A stretch of 61,567 nucleotides of DNA, filler included, from an uncultured Methanosarcinales archaeon (lineage in GTDB: Archaea > Nanobdellota > Nanobdellia > Woesearchaeales > GW2011-AR9): NCBI GenBank assembly GCA_964434885.1. It is 12 parts of 12 records of this genome, joined end to end, with 100 filler letters (N's around TTAATTAATTAA, not from the genome) between each part and the next. Parts side by side here need not be neighbours in the genome. Positions count along the whole stretch, not along the records: positions 1 to 6,805 come from CAYSWQ010000049.1; positions 6,906 to 13,407 come from CAYSWQ010000050.1; 10 more parts are not named here. One strand, given 5' to 3'. The translations under genes were made by a program, and so were the position numbers. Below are positions 1 to 9,769 of the stretch, in pieces. How positions within the stretch are numbered: the first letter of the stretch is position 1; each line of letters begins with the position of its first letter. The notes beneath the pieces are model-generated. The model saw only the letters and a list, made by a program, of their open reading frames with translations, was not told the origin of the DNA and did not search any database.

Positions 1-131
1 GGGAAAGATATGAAATGAGAATTCATAAACGTTTGATTGATTTATCTGCTGACGAAAGAACATTACGTTTAGTTATGAGAGTACCAATTCCAGAAGGTCT
101 TAATATTGAGATCGAAATGGTTGATGTTTAA
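1..131 (+). CDS. rps10: 30S ribosomal protein uS10, C-terminal part (5' truncated)
   Basis: Frame 3 reads [42 protein letters not shown]; matches the archaeal S10 signature; absent from ORF track. Confidence 0.93.
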   Translation, partial: ERYEMRIHKRLIDLSADERTLRLVMRVPIPEGLNIEIEMVDV

Positions 132-841
132 GTATATTTCTTTACTACTTTAATTATATCTTCAAATTTATTTAGATAACAATCTGGTTTAGATTTGTAT
201 TTTTTAAATCGAGATGAACCAGTAAGTTTTTTTATACTATTGTCTGGTGCACCATATTTTGCTAAACAACTAACTAAACCAACTTTTTTTGCACCTAGAA
301 CATCTCCTTTAATCCAATCTCCAACCATTATACATTCTTCTGGTTTTAGTTTTAATTGTTTTAAAGCATGTTCAAATGGTCTTCTAGAGGGTTTGTATTT
401 ATGGGTATCATCATGTGTAACAATAACATCAAAAAAGTCTACAATACGCATTCCATAAAGTCTTTCATAAGCTCTAAGTTTTGGAGCATCACTAACAACA
501 CCTAATTTCAAACCTTGATGGCGTAGTTGAATTAAGGTTTTAATTACACCAGGATAGGTGTGCATGAAACCTCCTAAAACTCTTTTATGGGTAACTATGG
601 CGGCTGCAATAATTTTGTGATTAATCTTACCATAAAGTTTTTTAGAAAATTGTTGATAGAGATCATGTGAATCCATTCCAATATCACTGAAAAGATCATG
701 AATTATTTTGTAAGCTTTAGTTTTGCTGATATTTAATCCAGCATCAATCATGGCATCTACTGCTTCATTGATTGAAATTCTTTTCATCCGATAGAAATCG
801 ATTAAAGTATTGTCAATATCAAAAATAACTGCTTTTATCAT
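128..841 (-). CDS. HAD-superfamily hydrolase (subfamily IA)
   Basis: FDIDNTL motif I, VVSD motif II, KP motif III, MVGD...DV motif IV. Confidence 0.92.
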   Translation of the reverse strand: MIKAVIFDIDNTLIDFYRMKRISINEAVDAMIDAGLNISKTKAYKIIHDLFSDIGMDSHDLYQQFSKKLYGKINHKIIAAAIVTHKRVLGGFMHTYPGVIKTLIQLRHQGLKLGVVSDAPKLRAYERLYGMRIVDFFDVIVTHDDTHKYKPSRRPFEHALKQLKLKPEECIMVGDWIKGDVLGAKKVGLVSCLAKYGAPDNSIKKLTGSSRFKKYKSKPDCYLNKFEDIIKVVKKYT

Positions 842-891
842 TATACGCCTCTTTTATATGGGTAAGATAAAGTTATTAATAAATTTTTGGA

Positions 892-2355
892 TTATTGGTT
901 AATCCAAACTTTTACTTCTTGAATAATTTCACTGGATCTTTCTGGGTCGTAGATTTCAAAATCCATGAAAACTTTACATTCTAAACCAACTTTTTCATAC
1001 TCTTCTACTTGTCTTTCGGGAATCCACTTGTAATCTGGAAACTCGTTTTTTTCACAGAATTCTTGACCGTGATGATAAGAACCCCAAAGTTCAATAACTT
1101 TTGGTTGGGATTTTACTTTGAAATCTGGTAGGACGTTTCTGCCATCTTTTAATGTTCGATACCATGAATTACCATTAATGCCAGGATAATATATTAATCC
1201 TGGTTCGGCTTCATGACGATCTGGAGCATATAGTCCTGCTTCTGTTAATTGAAAGACGAATAAGTCTTCTAAACAATTTGGTCGTTTTTCTAGAGAAGTT
1301 ATGACTCTGTGAACGTATTCGGGATCTTTCCATCTTTCTCGAGAGAGTTGACGTTGTTTTTCAATATATTCTGGACTTTGCATTATTTGAGCCATTCTTT
1401 CTCTAAATTCAGAATCTTGCCATTGTTCTTTGGTCCTTTGAGATAACATTGCCTTCCACTCATGACTTTGGTATAATTCAGACATTATTTTCCTATATTT
1501 GGGATCTTGCCATCGCTCTTTGGCTAGTTGAGACATAATTTCGCTCCATTCAGGACCTTGCATTATTTGATCTATTTTTTCTCTAAACTCAGGATCTTGC
1601 CATTGTTCTTTGGCTTGTTCAGACATCATCTTTCGAAATTCTGCACTTTGATATATGCTAGTCATTTTATCTCTAAACTCTGGATTGTTCCATAGTTCTT
1701 GAGACATTTGAGCCATTTCTTTTTGATATTCGGGATCCTGCCATCTCAGAAGCATATATTCTGACCTTTTTTTTCTATAATTAGGATCTTCCCACCTTTC
1801 ACGGGCTTTTTGAGACACTATTCTACGATGTTCAGGATTTTCCCAGCGTTCTTTTGAAAGTTCAGAAACTCTAGCTTTGAATTTAGGGTCTTGAAAAAGG
1901 CGAGACATTTTTTCTCTAAACTCAGGATCTTGCCATTGTTCTTTTTTGATTTTGGACAAAGCAGCCCGATAATTTGGATCTTGGCGAATTTCAGACATTT
2001 TTGCTTGATAATCTGGGTCTTCCCATCTTTCTCGAGTTTTTTTGGCCTGTTTTTCTTTGTATTCTGGACTTTGTGTTATTTGTGACATCTTTTCTTTAAA
2101 CTCAGGATCTTGCCATCGTTCTTTGGAATTTTGAATTCTAAGATTTTGTGTTCTATATTGTCTTAGGTCAGAATCTATCACTCTTAAATACCTAAGTATC
2201 GATTTTCTACTAACTCCAAGTAATTCTATTAAATTTTGAGTAGTAGTGAGGTGAGATAGATCTCCATTTTGATGAGCCAAAATTTCTTCTTCGACTAGGT
2301 CTACTAATGCTTGTTTGTCTTCTTTACTTAATCTAGTTGGTTTTTTTTTAGTCAT
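892..2355 (-). CDS. HTH + NUMOD3-like helical repeats + C-terminal Vsr/DUF559-like endonuclease
   Basis: N-terminal LIELLGVSRKSILRYL (HTH-like); 11 xxW[QENK][DN][PS][EDNK][FYH] repeats; C-terminal PNCLE...PDF...VIELWGSYHHG. Confidence 0.65.
   Translation of the reverse strand: MTKKKPTRLSKEDKQALVDLVEEEILAHQNGDLSHLTTTQNLIELLGVSRKSILRYLRVIDSDLRQYRTQNLRIQNSKERWQDPEFKEKMSQITQSPEYKEKQAKKTRERWEDPDYQAKMSEIRQDPNYRAALSKIKKEQWQDPEFREKMSRLFQDPKFKARVSELSKERWENPEHRRIVSQKARERWEDPNYRKKRSEYMLLRWQDPEYQKEMAQMSQELWNNPEFRDKMTSIYQSAEFRKMMSEQAKEQWQDPEFREKIDQIMQGPEWSEIMSQLAKERWQDPKYRKIMSELYQSHEWKAMLSQRTKEQWQDSEFRERMAQIMQSPEYIEKQRQLSRERWKDPEYVHRVITSLEKRPNCLEDLFVFQLTEAGLYAPDRHEAEPGLIYYPGINGNSWYRTLKDGRNVLPDFKVKSQPKVIELWGSYHHGQEFCEKNEFPDYKWIPERQVEEYEKVGLECKVFMDFEIYDPERSSEIIQEVKVWINQ
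1310..2125 (-). repeat. Intragenic degenerate tandem repeats (ERWQDPEFREKMS-type)
   Basis: GGATCTTGCCA-like units recur on the + strand (near 1502, 1591, 1925, 2105) and match the protein repeats. Confidence 0.85.
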
Positions 2356-2394
2356 TTTGTTAAAATCTAAAACCGCTTTTTAAAATAATTAGAA

Positions 2395-3789
2395 TTATTC
2401 TTTACTAGCTTGAATATATAGTCCTCTTCTATCCCAAAGAGTAGTGTGTCTACAATGTGCTCGATCAATAATTTCACAATGTCTTCTTAAGATGTCATCA
2501 GTTGGTTCTCTGATTGTACATAATGCTCTTCTACCAGTTCTCCAATCTCTTTCTTGGTATTTTTTAACATGTCGAGATCTTTGTCTATCTTCAGAAATGT
2601 TAGTCATTTCTCTTGCAGATCTGTTTAAAAGGTGCCATTTGTTGGCATAAGCTTCGGGATCAAAAACTTTGTACAGGACTTTTGGTAGTTTAGTTCTTTC
2701 ATCATAAATGATTCTGCTGCTAACATTTTTTCCTGATTTTGAAGAGTTAGGAGGTAGATCAAAAACAATAGAAACTGTTTGATCGGGGGTACCGACAAAT
2801 TCTAAGGAATAACCTTGGAATCTTCTTCCTTGATCAAAGAAATGTTCTTCTAAAGCTTGAATAGTGGCCCAATGATAAGGAGAAAAGCTTTTGTTTTTTA
2901 GTAAAACTCCTTTTGGCAATAGTCCTGCTCTATGATAATCATTTGCTACATTAGTGGTAATGTTATGGCCTAGAGATGAATTATCTATTTCTGCTAAAGT
3001 TAGATTTCCAGTTGGATGTCCAGTTACTTCTCTGATTGTTTTTCTAGGTGCATATTTTAATAGGAAAGTTTCTAAGGCATATTTAGTTGTTTTTGGAGCG
3101 GAAAAATTAAAAGGTAATTCTACGCCGGTTTCTGGAAGATCTCCATTGGTTTTAATTAAATGAGGGTGGGAATTAACTAAATCATTAAACGCAATCATGG
3201 CTGCACTACGGGCATAATCCATTACATTTAATCTTTGCATAAATTGTCTTCTGTCAGATGGATTAAGTGAATCTAAATAAGTTTTTTCTTGTTTTAAACC
3301 TTCATTCCAATGTTCTCCTCTTTTGAGAGTTACTTCTGAAAATCTAGTTCCTCCATCAAAATCTAATTCTAATAAATTGAATGGGTTGTACATTTGAATT
3401 TGATAAGGTTCTTGTTCTCTTCGTAATGATCTAGAGTCGATGGTTGTGCTTACTTGTAATCTTGGAGACATAGACATAACATAAGAATCTGTTTTTGGAA
3501 TTACTGAACTTTTAATAATCATTTTTTGAGAATGTTCTAATCTTTCAACCATGTTGGCTAGGGTGTCAGTGTTAAAATTTTCTTGTTTAAGATAATGAGC
3601 TAGTAAAGGTGTATCTTCAATATCTATTTTTTTATCTTTTACATCTTGACTTAGTGTTTGAATAATATTATCTAGTGTTTTTTTTCTTCTAGTACCAATA
3701 AAAGCTAAAGCTGATTGACTAGGTGGAATAATTAATCCATTAGGTGTGATTAATCCAAGATGTTGTGGATTTAAGCCTTTTCTTACCAT
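2395..3789 (-). CDS. Hypothetical protein (464 aa)
   Basis: Long ORF with TATA-like TTTATAAA about 25 nt upstream; no motif recognised. Confidence 0.75.
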   Translation of the reverse strand: MVRKGLNPQHLGLITPNGLIIPPSQSALAFIGTRRKKTLDNIIQTLSQDVKDKKIDIEDTPLLAHYLKQENFNTDTLANMVERLEHSQKMIIKSSVIPKTDSYVMSMSPRLQVSTTIDSRSLRREQEPYQIQMYNPFNLLELDFDGGTRFSEVTLKRGEHWNEGLKQEKTYLDSLNPSDRRQFMQRLNVMDYARSAAMIAFNDLVNSHPHLIKTNGDLPETGVELPFNFSAPKTTKYALETFLLKYAPRKTIREVTGHPTGNLTLAEIDNSSLGHNITTNVANDYHRAGLLPKGVLLKNKSFSPYHWATIQALEEHFFDQGRRFQGYSLEFVGTPDQTVSIVFDLPPNSSKSGKNVSSRIIYDERTKLPKVLYKVFDPEAYANKWHLLNRSAREMTNISEDRQRSRHVKKYQERDWRTGRRALCTIREPTDDILRRHCEIIDRAHCRHTTLWDRRGLYIQASKE

Positions 3790-3892
3790 GAGTTTTTTAT
3801 TGGAGGTGTTATTTATAAATTTTTCCTATGTTTTACCACTATTAAATAACACAACCATTAAGTTTTTATAATTGAATTGGAATTGGGTCTTT

Positions 3893-4876
3893 ATGTATCA
3901 GATTAAACAAGATTTTAAGGATTTTTTAGTTAAGGAAATTAGTAATTTTCCTGTTTTAGATAAAGGAAGTTATATTATTTTTAAATTGAAAAAAGAGAAT
4001 TATAATACGTTGGATGTAGTAGAGATTGTTGCTAGGAAATTAGGAATTTTATCAAAAGATGTTGGTTTTGCAGGAAGTAAAGATAAAAAAGCAATTACTG
4101 AACAGTTGATTTCGATTAAATGTAGAAATGAGATTCAAGCTAATAAATTAAAGGGGAGAATTGCTAGTTTAGAATTACGAGAGATTAATTTGGAATTTTT
4201 AGGTTTTGCTTCAGAACCAATTACATTAGGTAGTTTAGAAGGAAATTCTTTTGAAATTGTGGTTCGGGATTTAAGTGAGGAAGAAGTGTTTAAGTTTGTT
4301 GAAAAGTATAAAGAGGTTACAAAATTAAAAATTGTTAATTATTTTGGAGAACAAAGGTTTGGTGGAAATAATGCTGAGATTGGTAAATGTATTATTAAAA
4401 AGGATTTTTCTCGGGCTTGTGATTTGATTGATGATTATAAAGTTAAAGAACACTTAGAAAGGAAGAAAAATGATTTTGTTGGTGCTATTAGATTACTTCC
4501 TAGAAGGTTGCTTAGGTTGTATGTAAATGCGTTTCAGAGTTATTTGTGGAATAAAATTGTTAAGAGAAAATTGAATGTTGTTGAGGTTCCTTTAGTTGGT
4601 TTTGGGACCGATATTTTGGGTTTGGAAGAGGAATTAAGAACTATTGTTGAAGATCTTTTAGAGGAGGAAAATATTGAATTAATTGATTTTGTGATTAAGC
4701 AAATTCCCAATTTAAGTTTAGAAGGAAGTTTTAGGAAAGTATTTGTTGATGTTAATGAATTTAAGATTTTGGGAGAAGGAGAAGATGAATTGAATAAAGG
4801 CAAGGAAAAAATAAAAATTGGTTTTAGTTTGCCGAAAGGGAGTTATGCTACTGTTGTAGTTAAGAGTTTGTTTTAA
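3893..4876 (+). CDS. truD: tRNA pseudouridine(13) synthase TruD
   Basis: GFAGSKDKKAITEQ, GNSFEIVVR, NYFGEQRFG, FSLPKGSYAT; start moved to ATG 3893. Confidence 0.96.
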   Translation: MYQIKQDFKDFLVKEISNFPVLDKGSYIIFKLKKENYNTLDVVEIVARKLGILSKDVGFAGSKDKKAITEQLISIKCRNEIQANKLKGRIASLELREINLEFLGFASEPITLGSLEGNSFEIVVRDLSEEEVFKFVEKYKEVTKLKIVNYFGEQRFGGNNAEIGKCIIKKDFSRACDLIDDYKVKEHLERKKNDFVGAIRLLPRRLLRLYVNAFQSYLWNKIVKRKLNVVEVPLVGFGTDILGLEEELRTIVEDLLEEENIELIDFVIKQIPNLSLEGSFRKVFVDVNEFKILGEGEDELNKGKEKIKIGFSLPKGSYATVVVKSLF

Positions 4877-5492
4877 TAACTTCCTTAACACCACTATAAA
4901 CAACATCTGGGGCAGGAGCACCATCAACTGTTTTTAAAATTCCTTTTTCTTGGTAATAATCAATCAAAGGTTTAGTTTTTTCATAATAAACTTTGAACCT
5001 CTCCTTAATTACTTCGGGTACGTCATCTTTTCTTTGGATAAGTTCAGTGCCACATTCATTGCAAATACCTTCTTGTTCCGGTGGTAGGTATTTAATATGG
5101 TAACCAGCTTTACATTTGGGGCAAGCTCTTCTGCCGGCAAATCTTTCAACAACTACTTCTTCAGGTACTTCTAAATAAATAGCCATGTCAATTTCTATTT
5201 CTTCAATTGCTTGGGCTTGATATAAAGTTCTTGGAAACCCATCTAAGATAAAATTGTCAGAGAAATCATCTTTTGATAATTTATCTTTAACCATACCAAT
5301 AGTAACTTCATCTGGAACTAGTAAACCTTGTTGAATATATTCTTGGGCTTTTTTTCCTAATTCAGTTTCTCCTTTGATATTTTCTCGGAATAGTTCTCCA
5401 GAAGAAATGTGATTGAGGTTAAAATCTTTAGCTAATTTTTCAGAAACTGTGCCTTTTCCAGAACCAGGAGGGCCTAACATAATTATTTTCAT
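4860..5492 (-). CDS. adk: Adenylate kinase (long, Zn-lid type)
   Basis: GPPGSGKGT, FILDGFPRT, CPKC...CNEC lid, QRKDD. Confidence 0.97.
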   Translation of the reverse strand: MKIIMLGPPGSGKGTVSEKLAKDFNLNHISSGELFRENIKGETELGKKAQEYIQQGLLVPDEVTIGMVKDKLSKDDFSDNFILDGFPRTLYQAQAIEEIEIDMAIYLEVPEEVVVERFAGRRACPKCKAGYHIKYLPPEQEGICNECGTELIQRKDDVPEVIKERFKVYYEKTKPLIDYYQEKGILKTVDGAPAPDVVYSGVKEVIKTNS

Positions 5493-5959
5493 TTTTTCTC
5501 ACCTACTGGAATCCAAATTTCATATTCGGATTCTTCTTTATCGCCTTTCCAACGATGATCATAAAACTCTACCCAAAAACCTCCTTTTTGTACTTTATTT
5601 GTTTTGGGAATAGTTTCCATTATTTGCATATATGTATCTCCTACTTTTTCTAATTTGCCTTTATGAATAAAAACAAAATAATTTTCTGCAGGAATGGTTA
5701 TTTCTTCCATTCCTTCTGGTAAGTCATCAAATTTATTTACTTCTGCGGAAGCAACATACCGAAAAGTACATTCTCTTGGTTTTGGATTTATACATACTCC
5801 ATAATTTTTCATTCCACCAACATAATTCTTGATTTCTTTGTATCTTTGCATGAACTTTTCCCATACTTGAGGACAATCTTGTCTAGCAGTTTGAACAGAA
5901 GTATTGATTCCAAAACCAACAAATTTCATAGCTGGTTTTTTACTTTCAGTATATTTCAT
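5489..5959 (-). CDS. GyrI-like small-molecule-binding domain protein
   Basis: VWEKF, FIHKG, VEFY, EIWIPV pattern; probable start MKYTESKK overlaps the upstream stop. Confidence 0.82.
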   Translation of the reverse strand: MKYTESKKPAMKFVGFGINTSVQTARQDCPQVWEKFMQRYKEIKNYVGGMKNYGVCINPKPRECTFRYVASAEVNKFDDLPEGMEEITIPAENYFVFIHKGKLEKVGDTYMQIMETIPKTNKVQKGGFWVEFYDHRWKGDKEESEYEIWIPVGEKK

Positions 5960-6456
5960 TCTATTTTTCCTAAAATAACCACATAATTTTTGCCATATTT
6001 CTTTGCGCATTTGGGACAAGTAGTGTACCAATAATACTTCTTTTCAACTTGTAAACTTTTACTTGTTGTAATTTGATCAAAATCATTCGTCCACTTTTTA
6101 ATATCTTTATATGGTCCTTCATACACCTTAGTGAAGAATTTTCCAGACAGAGTTAGATTTTCTGTATTGAGAATGTCTTTGTCTACAGCTAAATATAAAT
6201 CCATATTCCATTTAGAAGTATGATCTGAAAGACATAACCAATCAGGCGTTTTGGCTTGTGCTTGAGTTACTTTTTTCATCATTCTTTTGATAACACTACC
6301 AAAGTTTAAAGGCATATAGAATAAAGTAAATACTTTATCTTTGATGAATTTTTTATTTTGCCAATCAATTGTTTTATCTTGCCAGGGTTCTGGGTTGAAT
6401 TGGGGGCAACAAATTTTATTATTTTCGAGGGTATTTTGATCATCCATATATATCAC
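5956..6456 (-). CDS. Conserved hypothetical protein (GyrI-like fold, CCPxF...YTTCPKCAKKYG family)
   Basis: CCPQFNPEPW, KVYEGPY, YTTCPKCAKKYGKNYVV. Confidence 0.7.
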   Translation of the reverse strand: MIYMDDQNTLENNKICCPQFNPEPWQDKTIDWQNKKFIKDKVFTLFYMPLNFGSVIKRMMKKVTQAQAKTPDWLCLSDHTSKWNMDLYLAVDKDILNTENLTLSGKFFTKVYEGPYKDIKKWTNDFDQITTSKSLQVEKKYYWYTTCPKCAKKYGKNYVVILGKIE

Positions 6457-6568
6457 CTTTTAGGAAAAATAAGTATTTTTATTTAAAGATTGCCATAACG
6501 ATGGAATTGGTTGATTGAAATTAATACCTATTGGGTAGTAGTAAATAACGAAAGATTTATATAATACC

Positions 6569-6594
6569 TATGTTTACTACATAGTAATAACATA
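6569..6594. promoter_or_regulatory. Imperfect palindrome between TATA box and small AbrB-like ORF (candidate operator)
   Basis: TATGT-TTACTA-CA-TAGTAA-TA-ACATA downstream of TTTATATA. Confidence 0.4.
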
Positions 6595-6627
6595 TGAAAC
6601 ACCAGTTTTATAATGGTGCCATATAGA

Positions 6628-6768
6628 ATGACAGAATTTACTTTAACGAAACAAATCTCAAAACAAGGACCACAGAGTGTGATAATCATACCTTCATTTT
6701 TACGTGATAAACTGAAGCCAAAAACATTGGTAGAGATTAAAATTAAAGTAATTGGAGAAGAAATATGA
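6628..6768 (+). CDS. Small AbrB/MazE-like (swapped-hairpin) DNA-binding protein
   Basis: MTEFTLTKQISKQGPQSVIIIPSFLRDKLKPKTLVEIKIKVIGEEI; GGTG upstream; ATGA overlap with a next ORF cut by the contig end. Confidence 0.6.
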   Translation: MTEFTLTKQISKQGPQSVIIIPSFLRDKLKPKTLVEIKIKVIGEEI

Positions 6769-6805
6769 CAGACGATAACAATAGAATTATACAAGGTGGA
6801 GAATT

Positions 6806-6905
6806 NNNNNNNNNNNNNNNNNNNNNNNNNNNNNNNNNNNNNNNNNNNNTTAATTAATTAANNNNNNNNNNNNNNNNNNNNNNNNNNNNNNNNNNNNNNN
6901 NNNNN
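6806..6905. other. Artificial contig linker (N44-TTAATTAATTAA-N44)
   Basis: Same linker at 13408, 19996, 26564, 32724, 38515, 44130, 48077, 51618, 55001, 58383; stops in all six frames; contigs decrease in size. Confidence 0.98.
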
Positions 6906-6925
6906 TTTTTCTTTTAAGGCAGTTT

Positions 6926-7384
6926 CTAAATCTTTTTTAGACATTTTTTATTTTCGTGTTTTCTTTCTTGTTTTCTAATAAAGCCTAATCTAAGTAAGGT
7001 TCCAGCAGGTAACCCATAAAGGAAAAATAAGGAAAGGAAAAGCAATTTTAAATTTTGTTCGATTGTTATGAAATAAATAATAATGAAGAAAAAATAATTT
7101 GATATTTCTTTTAGATAAAAATAGTTTTTGATAATTTTCTTTTTGGTTAGGATTAGGAATAAAATACTGAAAATTAAGGGTATAATGAGTAAATAATATT
7201 GTTGGAGTAGAATTATTAAGTAAATTGATGTTAAGGTAATTGAAATAAATAAAACTCTTTGAATGAAAATGAAATATTTTTTTCCAGGACGTAATTCTTC
7301 TGGAGAAATGATGGATAAGATAAAACCCACTAGAAAACCAGCTAAGGAAATTAAAAGCATAGCTAAATTAGTTAATAATCCCAT
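6926..7384 (-). CDS. Hypothetical membrane protein
   Basis: About 5 hydrophobic segments; SPEELRPG and FLYGLPAG. Confidence 0.75.
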   Translation of the reverse strand: MGLLTNLAMLLISLAGFLVGFILSIISPEELRPGKKYFIFIQRVLFISITLTSIYLIILLQQYYLLIIPLIFSILFLILTKKKIIKNYFYLKEISNYFFFIIIYFITIEQNLKLLFLSLFFLYGLPAGTLLRLGFIRKQERKHENKKCLKKI

Positions 7385-7447
7385 AATAAGAAGTAAACTT
7401 TTATGATTTATAAAATAATTGTTTTAATTAATGTGTAGAAATTAAGA

Positions 7448-8494
7448 TTATTGGAATTCTTTAATCTCTCTTCTTAAATTATCTAGGAATTGGTTCCAGT
7501 CATGTCTTTTGATGCTACCACCACAAGCTAATTCATGGCCTCCTGAACGTCCATCTATCCCAATCATAGCTTTTTCTAATAATAGAGATACTGGTAATTC
7601 TTTACTACGGAAACTACATTTCATTTCTCCTGATTTTTCTCGAGCAACAATAACTATTTTTTTAGGATTAAAATGAATTAATTCATTACTTAATTCGCTT
7701 GTAAAAGACATTTCTGTTTCTGAGTATTCAAAAATATGTAATTGGTCATTTGGTTTTTGCTTGGTTTCTTTTGCTCGGTCTAATAATTTTTCATACTTAG
7801 TGTTAATTCTTTCAAATTTCTTGTAAATATATTTCCCTTGAGCAGTTTCTTGGTTTAAAATTTCAAAAGGAGATTTAACTCTAGTTAATATTTTAATACA
7901 TTTATTCATGTCAGAAGTTTTACCTTTTAAAATAAATGAAAAAATTCTAATCAATTTACCAAGAGTAGTTTCAAAGATGATCTTATCTTTATCTTTGGTT
8001 TCAGTTAGAATATCTGGAAATTGTTTTGAAAATTCTTCAGTGAAATCAGGTAAGCAATAATCAGATAAACAACCAATCATAGCTAACCAAATATCTTTTG
8101 GATTGTCAGCAATATGATACGCCATTAAAGTGGTAGGAATATAAGCAGAATCATCAGCGATTCTAGGATTAAAATAGTTAATATTGGTTCTATCTAAAGG
8201 GGGATGGTGGTCTAACCAAAAAATAGGAGATTTAACTTGATCAATAAAATCTTGTTCAACAATTGGCATGTCTAAAATAAAAACTTTATCTGGATGATAT
8301 TCTTTTACTTTTCTAACAAATTTGGTATCAACAGTAGGGATGCTTTTAACAGCCATACCTCTACCTTCTCGATTCATTCGATATAATAAGAGAAAAGAAC
8401 ATAAACCATCGGGATCATCATCAAAAAGATAGAAAGGTTGCTTTGCTGTGTTAATCTCTTCCCGAAAGGTTTTGATTTGTTCTTGAGTAAGCAT
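7448..8494 (-). CDS. DHH/DHHA1 family phosphoesterase (RecJ/NrnA-like)
   Basis: DDDPDG, FILD, LDHH, CSFRS, GGHELACG. Confidence 0.92.
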   Translation of the reverse strand: MLTQEQIKTFREEINTAKQPFYLFDDDPDGLCSFLLLYRMNREGRGMAVKSIPTVDTKFVRKVKEYHPDKVFILDMPIVEQDFIDQVKSPIFWLDHHPPLDRTNINYFNPRIADDSAYIPTTLMAYHIADNPKDIWLAMIGCLSDYCLPDFTEEFSKQFPDILTETKDKDKIIFETTLGKLIRIFSFILKGKTSDMNKCIKILTRVKSPFEILNQETAQGKYIYKKFERINTKYEKLLDRAKETKQKPNDQLHIFEYSETEMSFTSELSNELIHFNPKKIVIVAREKSGEMKCSFRSKELPVSLLLEKAMIGIDGRSGGHELACGGSIKRHDWNQFLDNLRREIKEFQ

Positions 8495-8578
8495 TTTTAA
8501 ATGGAATTTTTGTTGTGTTTTTAAAGGTTGGGGTGAAGAATAATAATTATTATAAATGTTGGTTTTTCTTAAGATTAA

Positions 8579-9769
8579 ATGGATGATGTAAAAATAGCTG
8601 GTTTGTTTAACTTACATAGTAAACACCATAATGATAGTTTATTTAACCAAGCAGTATATTCAATTAATCGTTTAAATAATGGGGTGGGGAATGGCCATAG
8701 TTTATGTCGAGTAACATATGATGAGTATAGTTTAAATCGAGACACACAGGAAATTGCTGAATTTCGACCTGAGAAATTAATTCTTAGTGGAGGAGATGCA
8801 TCAGTATTATTCTATCTTAGTAAATTGAAAGAATTCTATGGTTCAGATCCTCTTCCTCAACTTATTTTTTTAGCTACTGGAACTGAAAATAGATTAAGTT
8901 ACGAATTAAATTATTCAGAAAAGCCAGATACCTTTCTAGAGCAAGTAGTTGAAGATATTGAACAAGGAACAGAAAGTTATGATAAAATGAGTTTGATGGA
9001 AATTACATTAGATGGAAATAGAACTTATTATAATTTTGAAATTGGTTTTGGATTAGCAGTTAACATCTTAGCTAATTATTACGGAACTTCTCCTTCACAA
9101 ATAAGAAAAAATGATGATTTTCGTAATCTTCGTTTTCAGAAAAGTAAATTTGATGGGTTTCGAACTTTTGCTGAAATGATGTTTTACTCAGCAGTTTATG
9201 TTCAAAGTAAATTAAGTGAAAATTTGAATGGAAATCGCCGAATAAAACCGGAAAATGATTCTAGATTGGCAAAGTTATTAGATAAAAAGAATTACTGGAA
9301 GGAAAGAGCAGAAGAGAGTTTTGGAAGCACTAATGCAACAATCACAATAGATGGCCAAACGCCAGTAGATGGTTCTTGGTTGGGAGGAGTAGCTGGGACA
9401 AACATCAAACTTTATCGGAATTTCAAACCATTGCATCGAGGACGAGAAGATCCAGAAAAAATGCATTTGTTTGTTACTTCTTTGCCACCGGCTATTTTGG
9501 CTTTAAATGTGATGAATATCTATCAAGGAAAACCAATAGCTACTGGTGCAGATATCTTACAAGAAGTTATAGGTCTAGAATTAACTAGTAAATTGCTTGG
9601 GACTACTATCGAGGAGACAGCGAAAAAAATTGAATTGGATTTTAAAAAAGAGTGGGTGTTTCAAATGGCAGGAGAATTTAGAATTACTAATAAAGTAAAT
9701 GCTGAAGTTACAGATCAAGTTTGTTTTATTAAACCAAATTCAGAGCGTAAGAAAAAAAGTTTATTCTAA
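8579..9769 (+). CDS. Diacylglycerol kinase-like protein (divergent)
   Basis: LILSGGDAS resembles GGDGT; ATGTENRL resembles PxGTGND; GFG; QMAGE resembles DGE. Confidence 0.65.
   Translation: MDDVKIAGLFNLHSKHHNDSLFNQAVYSINRLNNGVGNGHSLCRVTYDEYSLNRDTQEIAEFRPEKLILSGGDASVLFYLSKLKEFYGSDPLPQLIFLATGTENRLSYELNYSEKPDTFLEQVVEDIEQGTESYDKMSLMEITLDGNRTYYNFEIGFGLAVNILANYYGTSPSQIRKNDDFRNLRFQKSKFDGFRTFAEMMFYSAVYVQSKLSENLNGNRRIKPENDSRLAKLLDKKNYWKERAEESFGSTNATITIDGQTPVDGSWLGGVAGTNIKLYRNFKPLHRGREDPEKMHLFVTSLPPAILALNVMNIYQGKPIATGADILQEVIGLELTSKLLGTTIEETAKKIELDFKKEWVFQMAGEFRITNKVNAEVTDQVCFIKPNSERKKKSLF

Noticed and set aside
6906..6944. Start of a gene (MSKKDLETALKEK) on the minus strand, possibly eL30
   Set aside because: Only 13 codons before the contig end; too short to call.
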